Counted from the first letter of the stretch, positions 41,907-55,027 are shown. The stretch: DNA of 64,000 nt from Octopus vulgaris (GCA_951406725.2 OX597819.1:102176001-102240000); one strand, 5' to 3'. Notes: generated by a model from the letters alone, not told the origin. Translations and numbers: made by a program.

Positions 41907-42537
41907 ATGTATGTATGTATGCATGTATGTATGAATGTATAAAATTCCCCAGCCATTTTGAACTTCACAATAAAATTGAGTCTACATTTAAGTATTGAGT
42001 CACTCCAAAAACAAACGTACTGTTCTTTCTGAAATTAACTTTAAATAATAACCTTCAACACATATTTCCTTATACGGGTGCATGTGAGGGTGGTCAAAAC
42101 CACACACTTGTATATTTATATATGAGTGTGTGTGGTGTATGTATGCACACATATGAAAGTTTGCTGGGTGTGTGTGTTGCTGTTTTAAGTGAGTCATTGC
42201 AGTTAGCATGTCACTACGATATATCATAATTACTGACAAGATTTACTATTGCTAGTCGTAAGTCGTACAATGACTTGGCTGTCAGCGTATATATTTATGA
42301 CTCGTCACGTGTGAGGAATGTTTGACCACTACAGCTTTTAAAAAATAATGAAAATTATAGTTGTACTAAAATTATTTTATAATTTCATTTAGATTAGATA
42401 TAAATGTGGGAGTATACGCGCCTGTGTACATATTTGTGTGTGTGTGTGGTAATCATAGTGACCACATTCAAACGGTTGGTAGTCAGCCTATTTCATAAAG
42501 ACATGTCTCTCTTTTTATATCTATTATCTATGCAATG

Positions 42538-42885
42538 TTTTTACTTGTTTCAGTCATTTCTTTGCGGTCATGCTGGAGCACCGCCTATAGTCGAATAAAT
42601 CGACCCCAGGGCTTATTATTTGTAAACCTAGTACTGATTCTATCGGTCTCTCTTTTACGGGGACGTAAACACAGCAAAATCGATGTTTGGGGGCGGAGAA
42701 ACACGGACACACAAACACATATATTTGACGGCTTCCATTCAGTTTCCGTCTACCAAATCCACTTACAAGGTTTTGGTTGATCCGAGGCTATAGTAGAAGA
42801 CACTTGTCCATTGTACCACGCAATGAGACTGAACCCAGAACTATCTGGTTGGGAAGCAAGGTTCTTACCAGAAGGCTACGCATGC
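42538..42885 (-). mobile_element. SINE family B, near full length
   Basis: ttttacttgtttcagtcatt...tgctggagcaccgcc...tcagtttccgtctaccaaatccac...gaggctatagtagaagacacttg. Confidence 0.88.
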
Positions 42886-42910
42886 ACCATATATATATAT
42901 ATATACATAT

Positions 42911-42961
<51 letters not shown>

Positions 42962-43012
42962 CACATATATATACATATACACATATATATACATATACAC
43001 ATATATATATAT

Positions 43013-43045
<33 letters not shown>

Positions 43046-43079
43046 AACATATATGCCCATATATATATGTAAATATATT

Positions 43080-43280
43080 TATGTGCGTGTGTCTGTGCTA
43101 GTGCCCAGTAACACCGCTTGACAGCCGGTGTTGGTGTGTTTATGTCCCTGCAGCATAGCGGTTCAGCAAGAACAGACGGGTAGAATAAGTACTGGGGTCG
43201 ATTCATTCGATTAAAAGTCAAAGCTGCTGCCCAAGCATGGCCGCAGACTAATGACAGGAACAACTAAAAGAATAAAAGAT
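43080..43280 (+). mobile_element. SINE family B, 3' half starting after a TA-rich tract
   Basis: ccgcttgacagccggtgttggtgtgtttatgtccc...agaataagtactggggtcgatt...gcatggccgcag. Confidence 0.82.
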
Positions 43281-43723
43281 TACATACATATGCATACAGA
43301 CATATATACATACGCATGCGCACACAGACACATGCGCACATTTATTAATCTATCCATTTACAAATATACACGCACGTACATCACATACACATAGATACGA
43401 ATGTGTGTATGTGAATGTATGTGACTTTGTGAGCCTGGGTGAATATATATGAATGTCGCGTATACGTTCCAAGATTTGTGTTTACGTTTCCTGTTAAACA
43501 CTTGAAAACTGGTGATGGTTTGTTTCCGTCCCCCTTAACAAGCATTTTGCCATGAAAATATCGATAGATGTACTAGAGATACAAATAAGCACTGAAGCCT
43601 AACGTGATCCACTAAAACAATAAAGGCCGGTCCCCAAAAAGGCCGCATTAGAATCAATGCAACAAGTGAAACACACATGTATGCGCGCATGTGGGCACCT
43701 GCACGCGTGCGCATGTGCGTGTG

Positions 43724-43764
<41 letters not shown>

Positions 43765-44601
43765 GGGCTAGTATTAGTTACGGAGATAGATTTATAGAAG
43801 ACAAAAATATATATATATAATGATAATAATAATGTAGGGAATGGAATATAGGATACAATGTTAACTTCGGGACCTAGATAGCTATGTAGATAGATACATA
43901 AATATATTGTTAAGATAACGAGATAAAGATAAGATAAGACCACGCACGCCAACACATTGACGCACACAAAAACATTAAAAGCATACACATGCACCTCATT
44001 TTATATATGTATATATATATATATACACACACACACATAATTATACATACATTTATATATATATACACACACATATATATACGCATTTGTGTGTGTGTGT
44101 GTTTGTGTGTGTGTGTATGTGTGTGTGTGTGCACTAGAAACCACTAATCTATCTGACAACCAAGGAATTTAGTACACGATATACTTATGGAACTAAACCT
44201 TAATGCAGAAAACTCTTCACTGTGTCTTCCTCTGAAATACAAACGCGGAAATACACAAACATACACACACACATACACACACGCCTGCACGCAGGCACAC
44301 ACATGTATATAAGTGCACACACTGATGCATATACACTTATCATCACATATGTTCACACACAGGAATCAATAAAAAAATTATTGAATAATGTATTTTAAAT
44401 GTCAAAATTTTACAACAAATTAAGAAACTGATGACCTTTGACATCTTAGAATGTCTGAACGTTGATCTCTCTTTAGAGATGATATGTCTTGATCATATCA
44501 TTTATAATAATTAAAGCCACTGCTTTAATGTGGACTCCAAACCCGAGGGGAGTGAATGAACAGACCACAAAACTGGTCTTTGGCTGGATCTCTCCCACAG
44601 T

Positions 44602-44800
44602 CTTTCTCTTTTCTCTTTTACTTGTTTCAGTCATTTGGCTGTGGCCATGCTGTGGTACCGCCTTTTAGTCAAGCAAATCGCCCCCAGGACTTATTCTTTG
44701 TAAGCCTAATACTTATTCGATCGGTCTCTTTCGCCGCACCGCTAAGTTACGGGAAGGTAAACACACCAGCATCGGTTGTCAAGCGATGGTGGGGGGACAA

Positions 44801-44830
<30 letters not shown>
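44602..44830 (-). mobile_element. SINE family B, 3' half
   Basis: cttgtttcagtcatttggctgtggccatgc...ccgctaagttacgggaaggtaaacacaccagcatcggttgtcaagcgatggtggggggacaaac. Confidence 0.9.
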
Positions 44831-44833
<3 letters not shown>

Positions 44834-44837
44834 GAGA

Positions 44838-45015
44838 GAGAATTCACAAAAAAAAAAAAGAAAAGACGAAGACAGGTAGTGTAGACAACAAACAGATGTA
44901 TTAGTATAACGCTCGGGAAGTGAAAAGGTCTTTAATGTTTCGAGCTTACGCTCTTCCACAGAATAAAACAAGGAGAAAAAATAAAGAATGTGTAGTGGCT
45001 AGCGATCTATCATGG

Positions 45016-45017
<2 letters not shown>
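44838..45017 (-). mobile_element. Short element E, second copy
   Basis: Reverse complement of 1542-1708; hammerhead-like ctgtggaagagcgtaagctcgaaac at about 44929-44965; microsatellite on both sides. Confidence 0.72.
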
Positions 45018-45071
<54 letters not shown>

Positions 45072-45086
45072 TCACATATACATACA

Positions 45087-45437
45087 GGGTGAGTGTGATC
45101 CCCTTCAGTCAGGAATTACCATGTGATTAAACCTAGAAAGTTACCCTCCGAGGCTCAAGTCGGGGCAAAGTTGTTTATGGAAGACCACCAGTCGCTCATG
45201 TATACCAACCTTCCCTTTCCACGCTACCGATTTTATCCAAGGGAAAGGCAAAAGTCGATACAGTTAGACATCAGTGAATTAGCTGCTCAAATCATACTGC
45301 TGAGTAAACTGGAGCAACGTCAAATAAAGTGTCTTGATCAAGAACGCAACACGCAGCCCGTTCCGGGAATCGAACTCCCAACCTCACGATCGTAAGTAAG
45401 CTCGATGATCTAACCACTGAGCCATGGGCCTTCCCGC
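45087..45437 (-). mobile_element. SINE family C, full length
   Basis: Reverse complement of 61801-62130 (atggctcagtggttaga...gttcgattccc...ggagggtaactttctagg). Confidence 0.88.
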
Positions 45438-45527
45438 ACCTGCACATTTACATATTCATGCATACACACACGCATATGTGTATATGTGCAAATACATATA
45501 TGCACATATATACATATATATATATAA

Positions 45528-45573
<46 letters not shown>

Positions 45574-46427
45574 CACTCACAGACACACACGCACGTATAT
45601 ATAAGTACATTCATATATACATATACACAATCAAGCACAAATACGCTCACACTATATACATGCGTGTGTCTGTGTGCATGTGTGTATGTGGGTGGGGTTG
45701 TGTGTTTGTGGCGCACAGCATAAGTTCCTTTATACAGCTGGTCAGCTTGCAAAGACAAGAATATACGTACATACATACATAGACAAAAAGAGCCCAAATA
45801 AACAATAGACTATTCAACAGCGACAGACAGTCATACAGACAGCCAGGCAGGCAGGCAGACGCACAGCCAGTCAGGCAATCTACGTTTAGAAGAACGAAAG
45901 AGTGTGGCGTTTGAGTTTGAAGTAAATCCGTGCATGCGTTACTGGTAAAGTTAATGGAAACGAGCAGTAGCAGCAGCATCAGCAGTAGCAACAGCAACAG
46001 CAGCAACAACGGGTGCAATAAGGAGTGGGGTTGGGAGCAGCAACTGCAACCGCTACTGCTGCAGAGCAACAGGGTTAGAAGGGTATAAATAATAGAGCAA
46101 AGGAAAAAAAAAGTGCACTCCAGCTGTGCAGTTGCAAATGTAGAGACACTTTGACATATCGCAGATTATAAATAAACTCGATATAAACACACAATCCCCG
46201 CAACACGCACATAAATATATACACCAACGCACACAAACACACACATATACAAACATAAACACACACAAACACACATTCGTATTATCCGGCCAAGTTAGTT
46301 TAACATGAAAACAGTGTTATATATCAATTAATACTTGTATATATCCGTTGATATACATACACATACACAATATATATATATGTGTGTGAGTGTGTGTGTG
46401 TGTGTGTGTGTATGTGTGTGTGTGTTG

Positions 46428-46650
46428 TCTTTCTTTTAGTCGTTTCAATCATTTGTCTACGGCTATGCCGGAGCACCGCCTTGAAAGGTTTTACTCGAAC
46501 AATTCGACCGCAGGACTTATTAGTTTAATCCTAGTACTTATTCTATCGGCCTGTTTTGTAAAGCCGCTAAGTTACGGGGACGTAAATACTCCAAAGCCGG
46601 TTGTCAAGCGGAGATGTGGAGGGGGGGGGGCAAACGCAGACATACAGATA

Positions 46651-46701
<51 letters not shown>

Positions 46702-46848
46702 ACAGGCCTCCATTTTATATTAAATTCACTCACAAGGCTTTGGTCGGCCCCAGGTTATAGTAGAAGACACTTGCCCAAGGTGCCACGTAGTACGACTGAA
46801 CCCAAGCCTACGTGATTGGGAAACAAGCTTATTACCACACAGCTACGT
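46428..46848 (-). mobile_element. SINE family B, full length with internal (TA)n
   Basis: Tail, body, (TA)n at about 46653-46692 and head all present. Confidence 0.88.
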
Positions 46849-47199
46849 ATGTATATAACAATTTCATCTGGGTGTTCTGCAGTTTACTCTATGAAGCTCA
46901 TCTACCGGGCTAGGCTATCAGACAGGTAGTAATCCGAAGTGCTGCTTACTTTATTTACCGTGGTTATAATCACAGACACACACACACACACATGAGTATT
47001 GCTGTATATACACATTACGTACGTGTGTGTGAGTGTGTGTGTGTGTGTAAGTTTGCTTTTGCCTAGCAGTGATATGTAACAATAAAATTGCAGTACTGTA
47101 TAAATTGCCAGGAAGGCAGAAATGTGACTTAAGGACTTAGTGTTTCCTGGATATCAACTTCAGAGGTGCTATGCGAAAAAACTAATAATGGTGATAATG

Positions 47200-47255
<56 letters not shown>

Positions 47256-47299
47256 TGTTATGCATGCTTGTATGTGAATATATTTACAAATACACATCC

Positions 47300-47332
<33 letters not shown>

Positions 47333-47393
47333 TATATACACATATATACTCACATATATATATACACATATATATATACACATATATATACAC

Positions 47394-47429
<36 letters not shown>

Positions 47430-47935
47430 GTATTATATACAAACACATCTATATGAGTGTGTGTTTGTGTGCATACAAAATATATACATATATACATTTC
47501 TAGTAATATGAATGTAATCATTATTCTTTCATGTCCGGTTTATACGTTGGCACATACACACGCACAGACACGTGCGCATGTACACACACACACACACATA
47601 CATACGCATGCTGGCACACACACAGCCATCTACACACATATTCCATACTGTGCAGACCTTGGAGATTTCATTGCTATTTCTTGGAAGGATGCGGTGTATT
47701 ATTGTCTCGTAGATTGTGGTGTTTCTTAGTCTCCTGCCAGCCCTTATAGATTAGATTTAAGAGAAGAAAATATTCCAAGCCGTGACCCCCACCCCTCCAC
47801 TTGAAGATGCAAAGTTGTAGTGGATAGAAGTTTGTATGTTCTCTCCAACAGTTCGGCACATAGTTATTGTTGCTGTTAGGATTTTGTTCTTGCTATAAAG
47901 TAGAGGAAGTCATGGAAGCAACAGGCAAATATCAA

Positions 47936-48340
47936 AGAGAGAAAACGAACAGAGAGAAAGGAGGAAGGAAGGAAGGAAGGAAGGAAGGAAGGAAGGAAGG
48001 AAGGAAGGAAGACGAAAAAAAGGGAAAAAAAAGAAGAAAAAGAATTAAGACAGAAAGAAAGAATGAAGAAGAAGCAGAAGAAGCAGGAGAAGAAGGAGAA
48101 GAAGAAGAAGAAGAAGAAGAAGAAGAAGAAGCAGGAGAAGAAGGAGAAGAAGAAGAAGAAGAAGAAGAAGAGAAGAAGAAGAAGAAGAAGAAGAAGAAGA
48201 AGAAGAAGAAGAAGAAGAAGAAGAAGAAGAAGAAGCAGGAGTAGGAGAAGAAGAAGCAGAAGAAGGAGAAAAAAAAAAGAAGAAGAAGAAGAAGAAGAAG
48301 AAGAAGAAGAAGAAGAAGAAGAAGAAGAAGAAGAAGAAGA
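47936..48340. repeat. Polypurine compound microsatellite (GGAA)n/(GAA)n
   Basis: About 400 bp almost entirely A/G on the + strand. Confidence 0.95.
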
Positions 48341-48765
48341 ATTAATGACACCAAGGTGTTTTTGAAGACCCTTCAAATTTACTGTAAATATAAACATACA
48401 AGCTAGAAAAAATATAAATAGAAATAAATAAATAAAATAGATAAATAAATAGAAATAAAAAAACAAAAGGTGAAATTTAAAAAAAAAAATAAAGCAGGTT
48501 CAAGGAAGGTAAGCATGAGTATAGGAGAGGGAGAAAAAAAATCTGTGTAGCAGAATGATAAAGGAAGTAGCAGAATAAGAGAAATGGGTAGAGGAGAAAT
48601 TGAGGTGTTATAAAGAGAGTAAATGAAGTGGAGTAAAGTTGAAGATCGCGTGTGTATCATAAAGTCAACCATATTTACTCTCGCACATTCAAATATACAC
48701 ATTGATAATGATGAAGACACACGTACATGTACCTACATTAGACACACATTTACACACACACATGC

Positions 48766-48798
<33 letters not shown>

Positions 48799-48937
48799 CA
48801 TATATATACACACACACACATATATATATATTTACATACAAATATATATATATATACATATATGTATGTATGTACATATATATATATATATATGCAAAGA
48901 TATATATATACACACATATATATATACACACACAGAA

Positions 48938-48970
<33 letters not shown>

Positions 48971-49229
48971 CATAAAAATACACACATATATATATGATTA
49001 TGATTTTGTAGATATGTGTGTATGTATGTATGTATGTATGTATGTATAAATGTGTGGTGTGTATAAATGTGTGGTGTGTGTGCACACGTGTAAGTATATA
49101 TATACATATATATATTACTGTCCTGCGAAAATTTTTGAGTCGCTGACGTGATACGCAGGCGTGTCCCGAGCACTATTAACTTGGGACAGCCCATCTCTTT
49201 CCAGTGTAAACACTGGATTTCTTATTGAG

Positions 49230-49400
49230 CACAAGACAAACAAAAGAATAATCAGCACCAGTACTTGACTGGTACCTATCGTCCCCGATTGGGAGAAAAG
49301 TAAATTTTCCGCAACGGGACTTGAAATCTAAGCTTAATGAGTCGGATCGAAAACGCTAAGCAGTTTGTCCAATGCTGTAATGACTCAGCTATCTCGCGCA
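49230..49400 (-). mobile_element. SINE family A, degenerate
   Basis: ccagtacttgactggtacctatcg...aacgctaagcagtttgtccaatgc...cagctatctcgc. Confidence 0.55.
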
Positions 49401-49446
49401 GTACGTACATATACATGGATACACGAACATGTTATTGATGTTGTGT

Positions 49447-49647
49447 ACTCTTTTACTTGTTTCAATCATTTGACTGTGGCCATGCTGGTGCACCGCCTTT
49501 AGTCGAGCAAATCGACTCCAGGACTTACTCTTTGTAAGCCTAGTACTTATTCTATAGGTCTCTTTTGCCGAACCGCTAAGTTACGGTGACGTAAACGCAC
49601 CAGCATCGGTTGTCAAGCGATATTGAGGGAACAAACACAAACACACA

Positions 49648-49684
<37 letters not shown>

Positions 49685-49770
49685 GACGGGCTTCTTTCAG
49701 TTTCCGTCTACCAAATCCACCCACAAAGCTTTGGTCGACCTGTGGTTTGTAAGCAAGATACTTACCACTA
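49447..49770 (-). mobile_element. SINE family B, well preserved, part of head deleted
   Basis: Close reverse complement of much of the 50028-50507 copy, with internal (TA)n at about 49651-49683. Confidence 0.92.
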
Positions 49771-50027
49771 AAACTTTATAAACATTTGAAAGAAGGCGAA
49801 AAATTATTCTTTTTAGAAACATTGGATCTCGATGCACATGTCTATTTTATATTTACGTAGTATTATTTATAGCTGTATGTGTTTCGAATGCCCTTGTTCC
49901 AGCAAGGAATGTGCGTGTGTGTGTATGCATGTATGTATGAATGCATAAACATGAATGTACATATATGACAAGTTTGCAAGCATAGATTGTCGCAGGTACA
50001 GAAGTGAAGTCAATCACTTGTTTTCTG

Positions 50028-50247
50028 AGGCTAAGGAGTGGCTGTGTGGCAAGAAGCTGCCTTCACAACCACATGGTTCCAGGTTCAGTCCCACTGCGTG
50101 GCACCTTGGGCAAGTTTCTTCTGCTATAACCTTGGGCCAACCAAAGCCTTGTGAGTGGATTAAGTAAACGGTAACTGAAAGAAGCCCGTTGTATATATAT
50201 ATATATATATATATATACGACTGGCCTCTATATATATATACGACGGG

Positions 50248-50280
<33 letters not shown>

Positions 50281-50507
50281 GACGGGCTTATATATATATA
50301 TGTATGTATGTGTGTGTGTGTTTGTCCCCCACAATCGCTTGAAACCGATGTGTTTACGTCCCCGTCACTTAGTGGTTCGGCAAAAAGAGACCGATGGAAT
50401 AAGTGCTAGACTTACAATGAATAAGTCCTGGGGTCGATTTATTCGACTAAAAGTGGTGCTCCAGCATGACAGCAGTCAAATGACTGAAACAAGTAAAAGA
50501 ATAAAAT
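50028..50507 (+). mobile_element. SINE family B, full length (tRNA-like head, CORE-like block, internal (TA)n(TG)n, 3' body, A-rich tail)
   Basis: ggagtggctgtgtgg...ggttcagtccc...gcaccttgggcaag...gaagcccg(TA)n...gtcaaatgactgaaacaagtaaaaga. Confidence 0.93.
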
Positions 50508-50762
50508 AATCCTGTGGCAACTACAGACGCCTTTAGTATACGTTTAGATTTACTTTAATTCGAAAATACGCACTCCTCGTTGATTGAATTTTATACATAT
50601 TTATACAAAGATGAGGTCAAATGCTTACTGATTAATTATATTCGATGACTAAGGGGTTAAACGTATAGATTTAAATTATGGTTTCCATCTGAGGTAATTC
50701 CTATACCGAAATCCATTACACAGCAAAATGGATTGAATGAACGAACTATTATTCTTATACAA

Positions 50763-51305
50763 GGTGGCGAGCTGGCAAAATCGTTAAGTACGCCTGGCGA
50801 AATGCTTTGCGGTATATCGTCTGCTGCTACTTTCTGAGTTCAAATTCCGCCGAGGTCGACTTTGCCTTTCATCCTTTCGGGGTTGATTAAATAAGTACCA
50901 GTTACGCACTGGGGTCGGTCGATCTAATCGACTTAATCCGTTTGTCTGTCCTCGTTTGTCCTCTCTGGATAGTAAAGAAATAGGCATTTCGCCCGTCTTT
51001 ACGTTCTGAGATCAAATTCCGCCGAGGTCGACTTTGCCTTTCATCTTTTCGAGGTCAATGAATTAAGTACTAGTGAATGGCTTCCCTTAAAATTTCAGGC
51101 TTTATGCCTTTAGTGGCAAGGATTATTATTATTATCATAATTACTATAATTATTATTATTTTTTTATTATTATTTCGTCGAGGTCGACTTTGCCTTCCTT
51201 CTTTTAATGGTCAGTGAAATAATGTTACCCCTGGGATCGATATTATCAACTAGTCCCCCTCCCCAAAAAGTCCCGGTTTTGTGTTTATAGTCGAATGGAT
51301 TGTTA
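50763..51305 (+). mobile_element. Cluster of SINE family A: one full copy plus two truncated copies
   Basis: Full copy 50763-50983; the gaggtcgactttgcctt block recurs at about 51024 and 51180. Confidence 0.9.
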
Positions 51306-51532
51306 TTGGTCCCCAAGACCCCAAAACAGGTATTTGACCTTTACAAGGCTAAAAAAAAAGACCAGACGGTTGGTGGGTATACATCGTGTGAAAAGGACGT
51401 AGTCAACAGTAATATTAATGGTCAAAAGTTAATAACAAACAATCATACGAATAAAGAACAACAAATAGCAACGAAAACAACAAATGGTGGGCAATCCCTC
51501 TAAGAATTGTGATAAGCTACACATAAATCCGT

Positions 51533-51706
51533 GGAGGCACATGGCCTAGTGGTTAGAGCAGCGAACTTGCGGTCGAAGGATCGCGGGTTCGAATCTCAGG
51601 CCGGGCGAAGTGTGTGAGTTTATGAGCGAAACACCTAAGCTCCACGTGGCTCCGGCAGAAGGTAATGGCGAACTTCTGCTGACTCTTTCGCCACAGCTCA
51701 CCGCGT
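51533..51706 (+). mobile_element. tRNA-derived SINE family D, 3'-truncated
   Basis: A box tggcctagtgg 51542-51552 and B box ggttcgaatc 51586-51595; tttatgagcgaaacacctaagctc shared with the 62877 copy. Confidence 0.88.
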
Positions 51707-51711
51707 ATGTG

Positions 51712-51753
<42 letters not shown>

Positions 51754-52217
51754 GTGGTGGTGGTTTCTTATATCAGATGAAAAAATTAGATATTTAGTGG
51801 AAGTAACAATGAAGGAATGAAATTTGTAAAGCCAAGAATTTCGGTTACTTGGTTAACTGCGAGTCGAAATTCCTTTCTGTATTTTAGCACAATGAGTAAA
51901 ATGTTTGGGACAAACTCTCTTGAAACAATTTCGCCCAATCACAATCCCTCCTCTCTACTCCTACCCATATTATATTCCTTCATCAGTTCTTTACAATTTC
52001 TCTAAAGTTTGTGCATTTTTTACCCATTGTGTTACATGTATGTCTTTGTGTGCATGTGTGTGTGTATGTATGTATACAGACACAGAGATGAAAGAAAACA
52101 GAGAGAGAGATTGATCAGGTGACACCACTACCACTACAAATATATAAGTATATATATGTGTATTATGTGTATAGATAGATAATAGATAGATTCAGAGGAG
52201 AGTAATATTTTGTGTGC

Positions 52218-52259
<42 letters not shown>

Positions 52260-52295
52260 AAAATAAGAGTATATATATATATATATATATATATA

Positions 52296-52660
52296 CACTC
52301 TTTTATTTATTTATTTTTTTGTTTCAGTCATTTGACCGCGGCATGCCGGAACACCACCTTACGTGGTTTTATTTAGGCAAATAAATCGATTCCCAAACTT
52401 CTTTTTTTAAGCTTAGTACTTATTCTATGGGCGTCTTTTGCCGAAACGCCATGTTATAGGAACGTAAACTCACCGGCACCGGTTTTCAAGCAATGATGGG
52501 GGACACCCACAGACACAAAGACATGCGCATAGTTATAACTACGGACTTCTTTCAGTTTCCCTCCCCCAAATCCCACCACATTCCTATGGTCGGACCGAGG
52601 CTACAGTAGGAGACACTCAAAGAAAGTCCCACGGAATGGGACTGCACCCGGAACGATGTT
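52296..52660 (-). mobile_element. SINE family B, degenerate
   Basis: gtttcagtcatttgaccgcggcatgc...tagtacttattctat...cttctttcagtttcc...gaggctacagtaggagacact. Confidence 0.85.
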
Positions 52661-52906
52661 AGTTAGTTAGTTAGTTAGTTTTATGGCTCAAAGCGCCTAT
52701 ATATGTGTATGTGTGTGTGTGTGTGTGAGTGTGTGTGTGCATACACGCGTGAGTATACAGATTCACAGACACGCACACAATCACACGTGCTTTATATAAT
52801 ATTAGAGTACATTCAAAAGTACAGGTGTAAATAGCTGGAACTCCGCTAAGGAGTTTCAGTGATTATACTTGTGAAAGTGTGTGTGTGAGAGAAAATGAGT
52901 GTAAGA

Positions 52907-53053
<147 letters not shown>

Positions 53054-53317
53054 TGTGTGCGTGCCTATGAGTGTGCAATTTCTTCAATTTAATGGACGCT
53101 AACGATTAACTTCGTTGCTACTCCGAGTCCCAATGAACTAGAAGTAGCGACGAAATTAAATTTAAGAATAGGTTTACTGATATCCTATTCATTGCAATGT
53201 TTTATCTATCTACACATACGCACATGCATGATTTTCAACACAACCCTATATATGTATATATAATATCGGCTCAACAGTCATTCTGCAACTATCAATCTAA
53301 GCACATACACACACACA

Positions 53318-53336
53318 TTACATATATATATATATG

Positions 53337-53388
<52 letters not shown>

Positions 53389-53389
53389 T

Positions 53390-53428
<39 letters not shown>

Positions 53429-53624
53429 TCTACATATATACATATACATTTCTACATATACATATATACATATATATATACATATACATATATATATATA
53501 TATACATATATATACATACATATATATATATATACATATATATATATACATATATATATATATACATACATATATATAGTATGTATATACATATGTATAT
53601 ATATATATACATACATATATATAC

Positions 53625-53660
<36 letters not shown>

Positions 53661-53675
53661 TTATACATATATATA

Positions 53676-53715
<40 letters not shown>

Positions 53716-53810
53716 CATATGTATATATATATATATATACATACATATATATACATATATACATACATATATATATACACACACAAACACAAACGCACAC
53801 ACATACATAT
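53318..53810. repeat. Long degenerate (TA/CA)n tract
   Basis: About 500 bp of near-alternating purine-pyrimidine repeat; source of the 222 aa and 196 aa spurious ORFs. Confidence 0.92.
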
Positions 53811-54887
53811 TCAATTTTTGCGTTGCACTTTCCAAACCTATGAACACAAGCACACACACTTTTAATGCATATGCCGATATATATCATGTGTGCGTATATT
53901 GTGTGCATACATATATACTATACATGTATATTATATATACATACACAACTTATATATATTGATATATCTACAAGCATACATATAATGTTATATACACATA
54001 CATATTTTACATACATATTTTATATATACACACACACGCTGACACACATCTATATAACACCCAGATTTCTTCTCAGGTATATACATAAACACACACACAC
54101 GCACACAAATCCTCGTGTGCGCTCACATAAACTCACAATCACATACAGACACGCAAGCACACAACAGTCAGGCACGCTTCTGTACAACTTCCCAATACAG
54201 CTAGTCAAACACATAAGCAAAGGCTGAAGTGAAAATTTATATTGAATAAAATAAAGCCCAGTTTGACAGGACTAGTTGAGCAAAAGGATTTATGAACGCA
54301 CAGCCCTCCACTACCTCTGTACATATATTGCTGTATCTACATACGCACATGTAGCTATCTCTGCCTATGTCTGTGCATGTACTTATATGCATGTGAGTAG
54401 ACATAACAAGTTTAATTTCATTCTTTAATTCTTTAGAAATATTTTTCAGTTTCACTTGTAAGAAGTTAACCCCAGTCGTTCGAGGATGGATAAGAAGAAC
54501 AGGGCCCAAGAGGCACATGCTGAACTTTTAGAATACCTTGTATATATTTATAGTTCCGCATACCGACTGTATTTCGCGTTACTGTGTTCGATAGGAGCAG
54601 TTATGGCCATATGAGATTCTTACATTGAGACAATCAAGCGTATTTATATATACATGTTTGTATATGAATTTTGTAGATGCGTGCATATGTAAGCACAGAT
54701 GTATGCAAATATGCATGTATGGATCTTCGTGTATGTGTATATATGAAAGCTTGCATAAATGCATATAATAGCGGATAATGTGTATATGTCTGTGCAGGGA
54801 GCCGTATGTGTGTATGTGTACAGGGAGATATGCATACATATACACAGATTTTCAATATGCGCACGCGTACCTATATATCAATTATAA

Positions 54888-54948
<61 letters not shown>

Positions 54949-55027
54949 CCTTATGCATAAAGTCGCATAGATAAGCCCATATCACTTTGTACAATATAGG
55001 TATGCAGGCACACAGATAAGTATGAGA

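Noticed and set aside
46084-46135. TATAAATA with a downstream Inr-like sequence
   Set aside because: Common by chance in AT-rich DNA; no supported downstream exon
47867-48466. Poly-E/K, poly-S/F/L and poly-R ORFs
   Set aside because: (GAA)n microsatellite open in multiple frames
53197-53908. Long ORFs (222 aa, 196 aa) and the many similar YI/CV/HT-rich ORFs across the window
   Set aside because: Translations of dinucleotide repeats that lack stop codons; no coding signature
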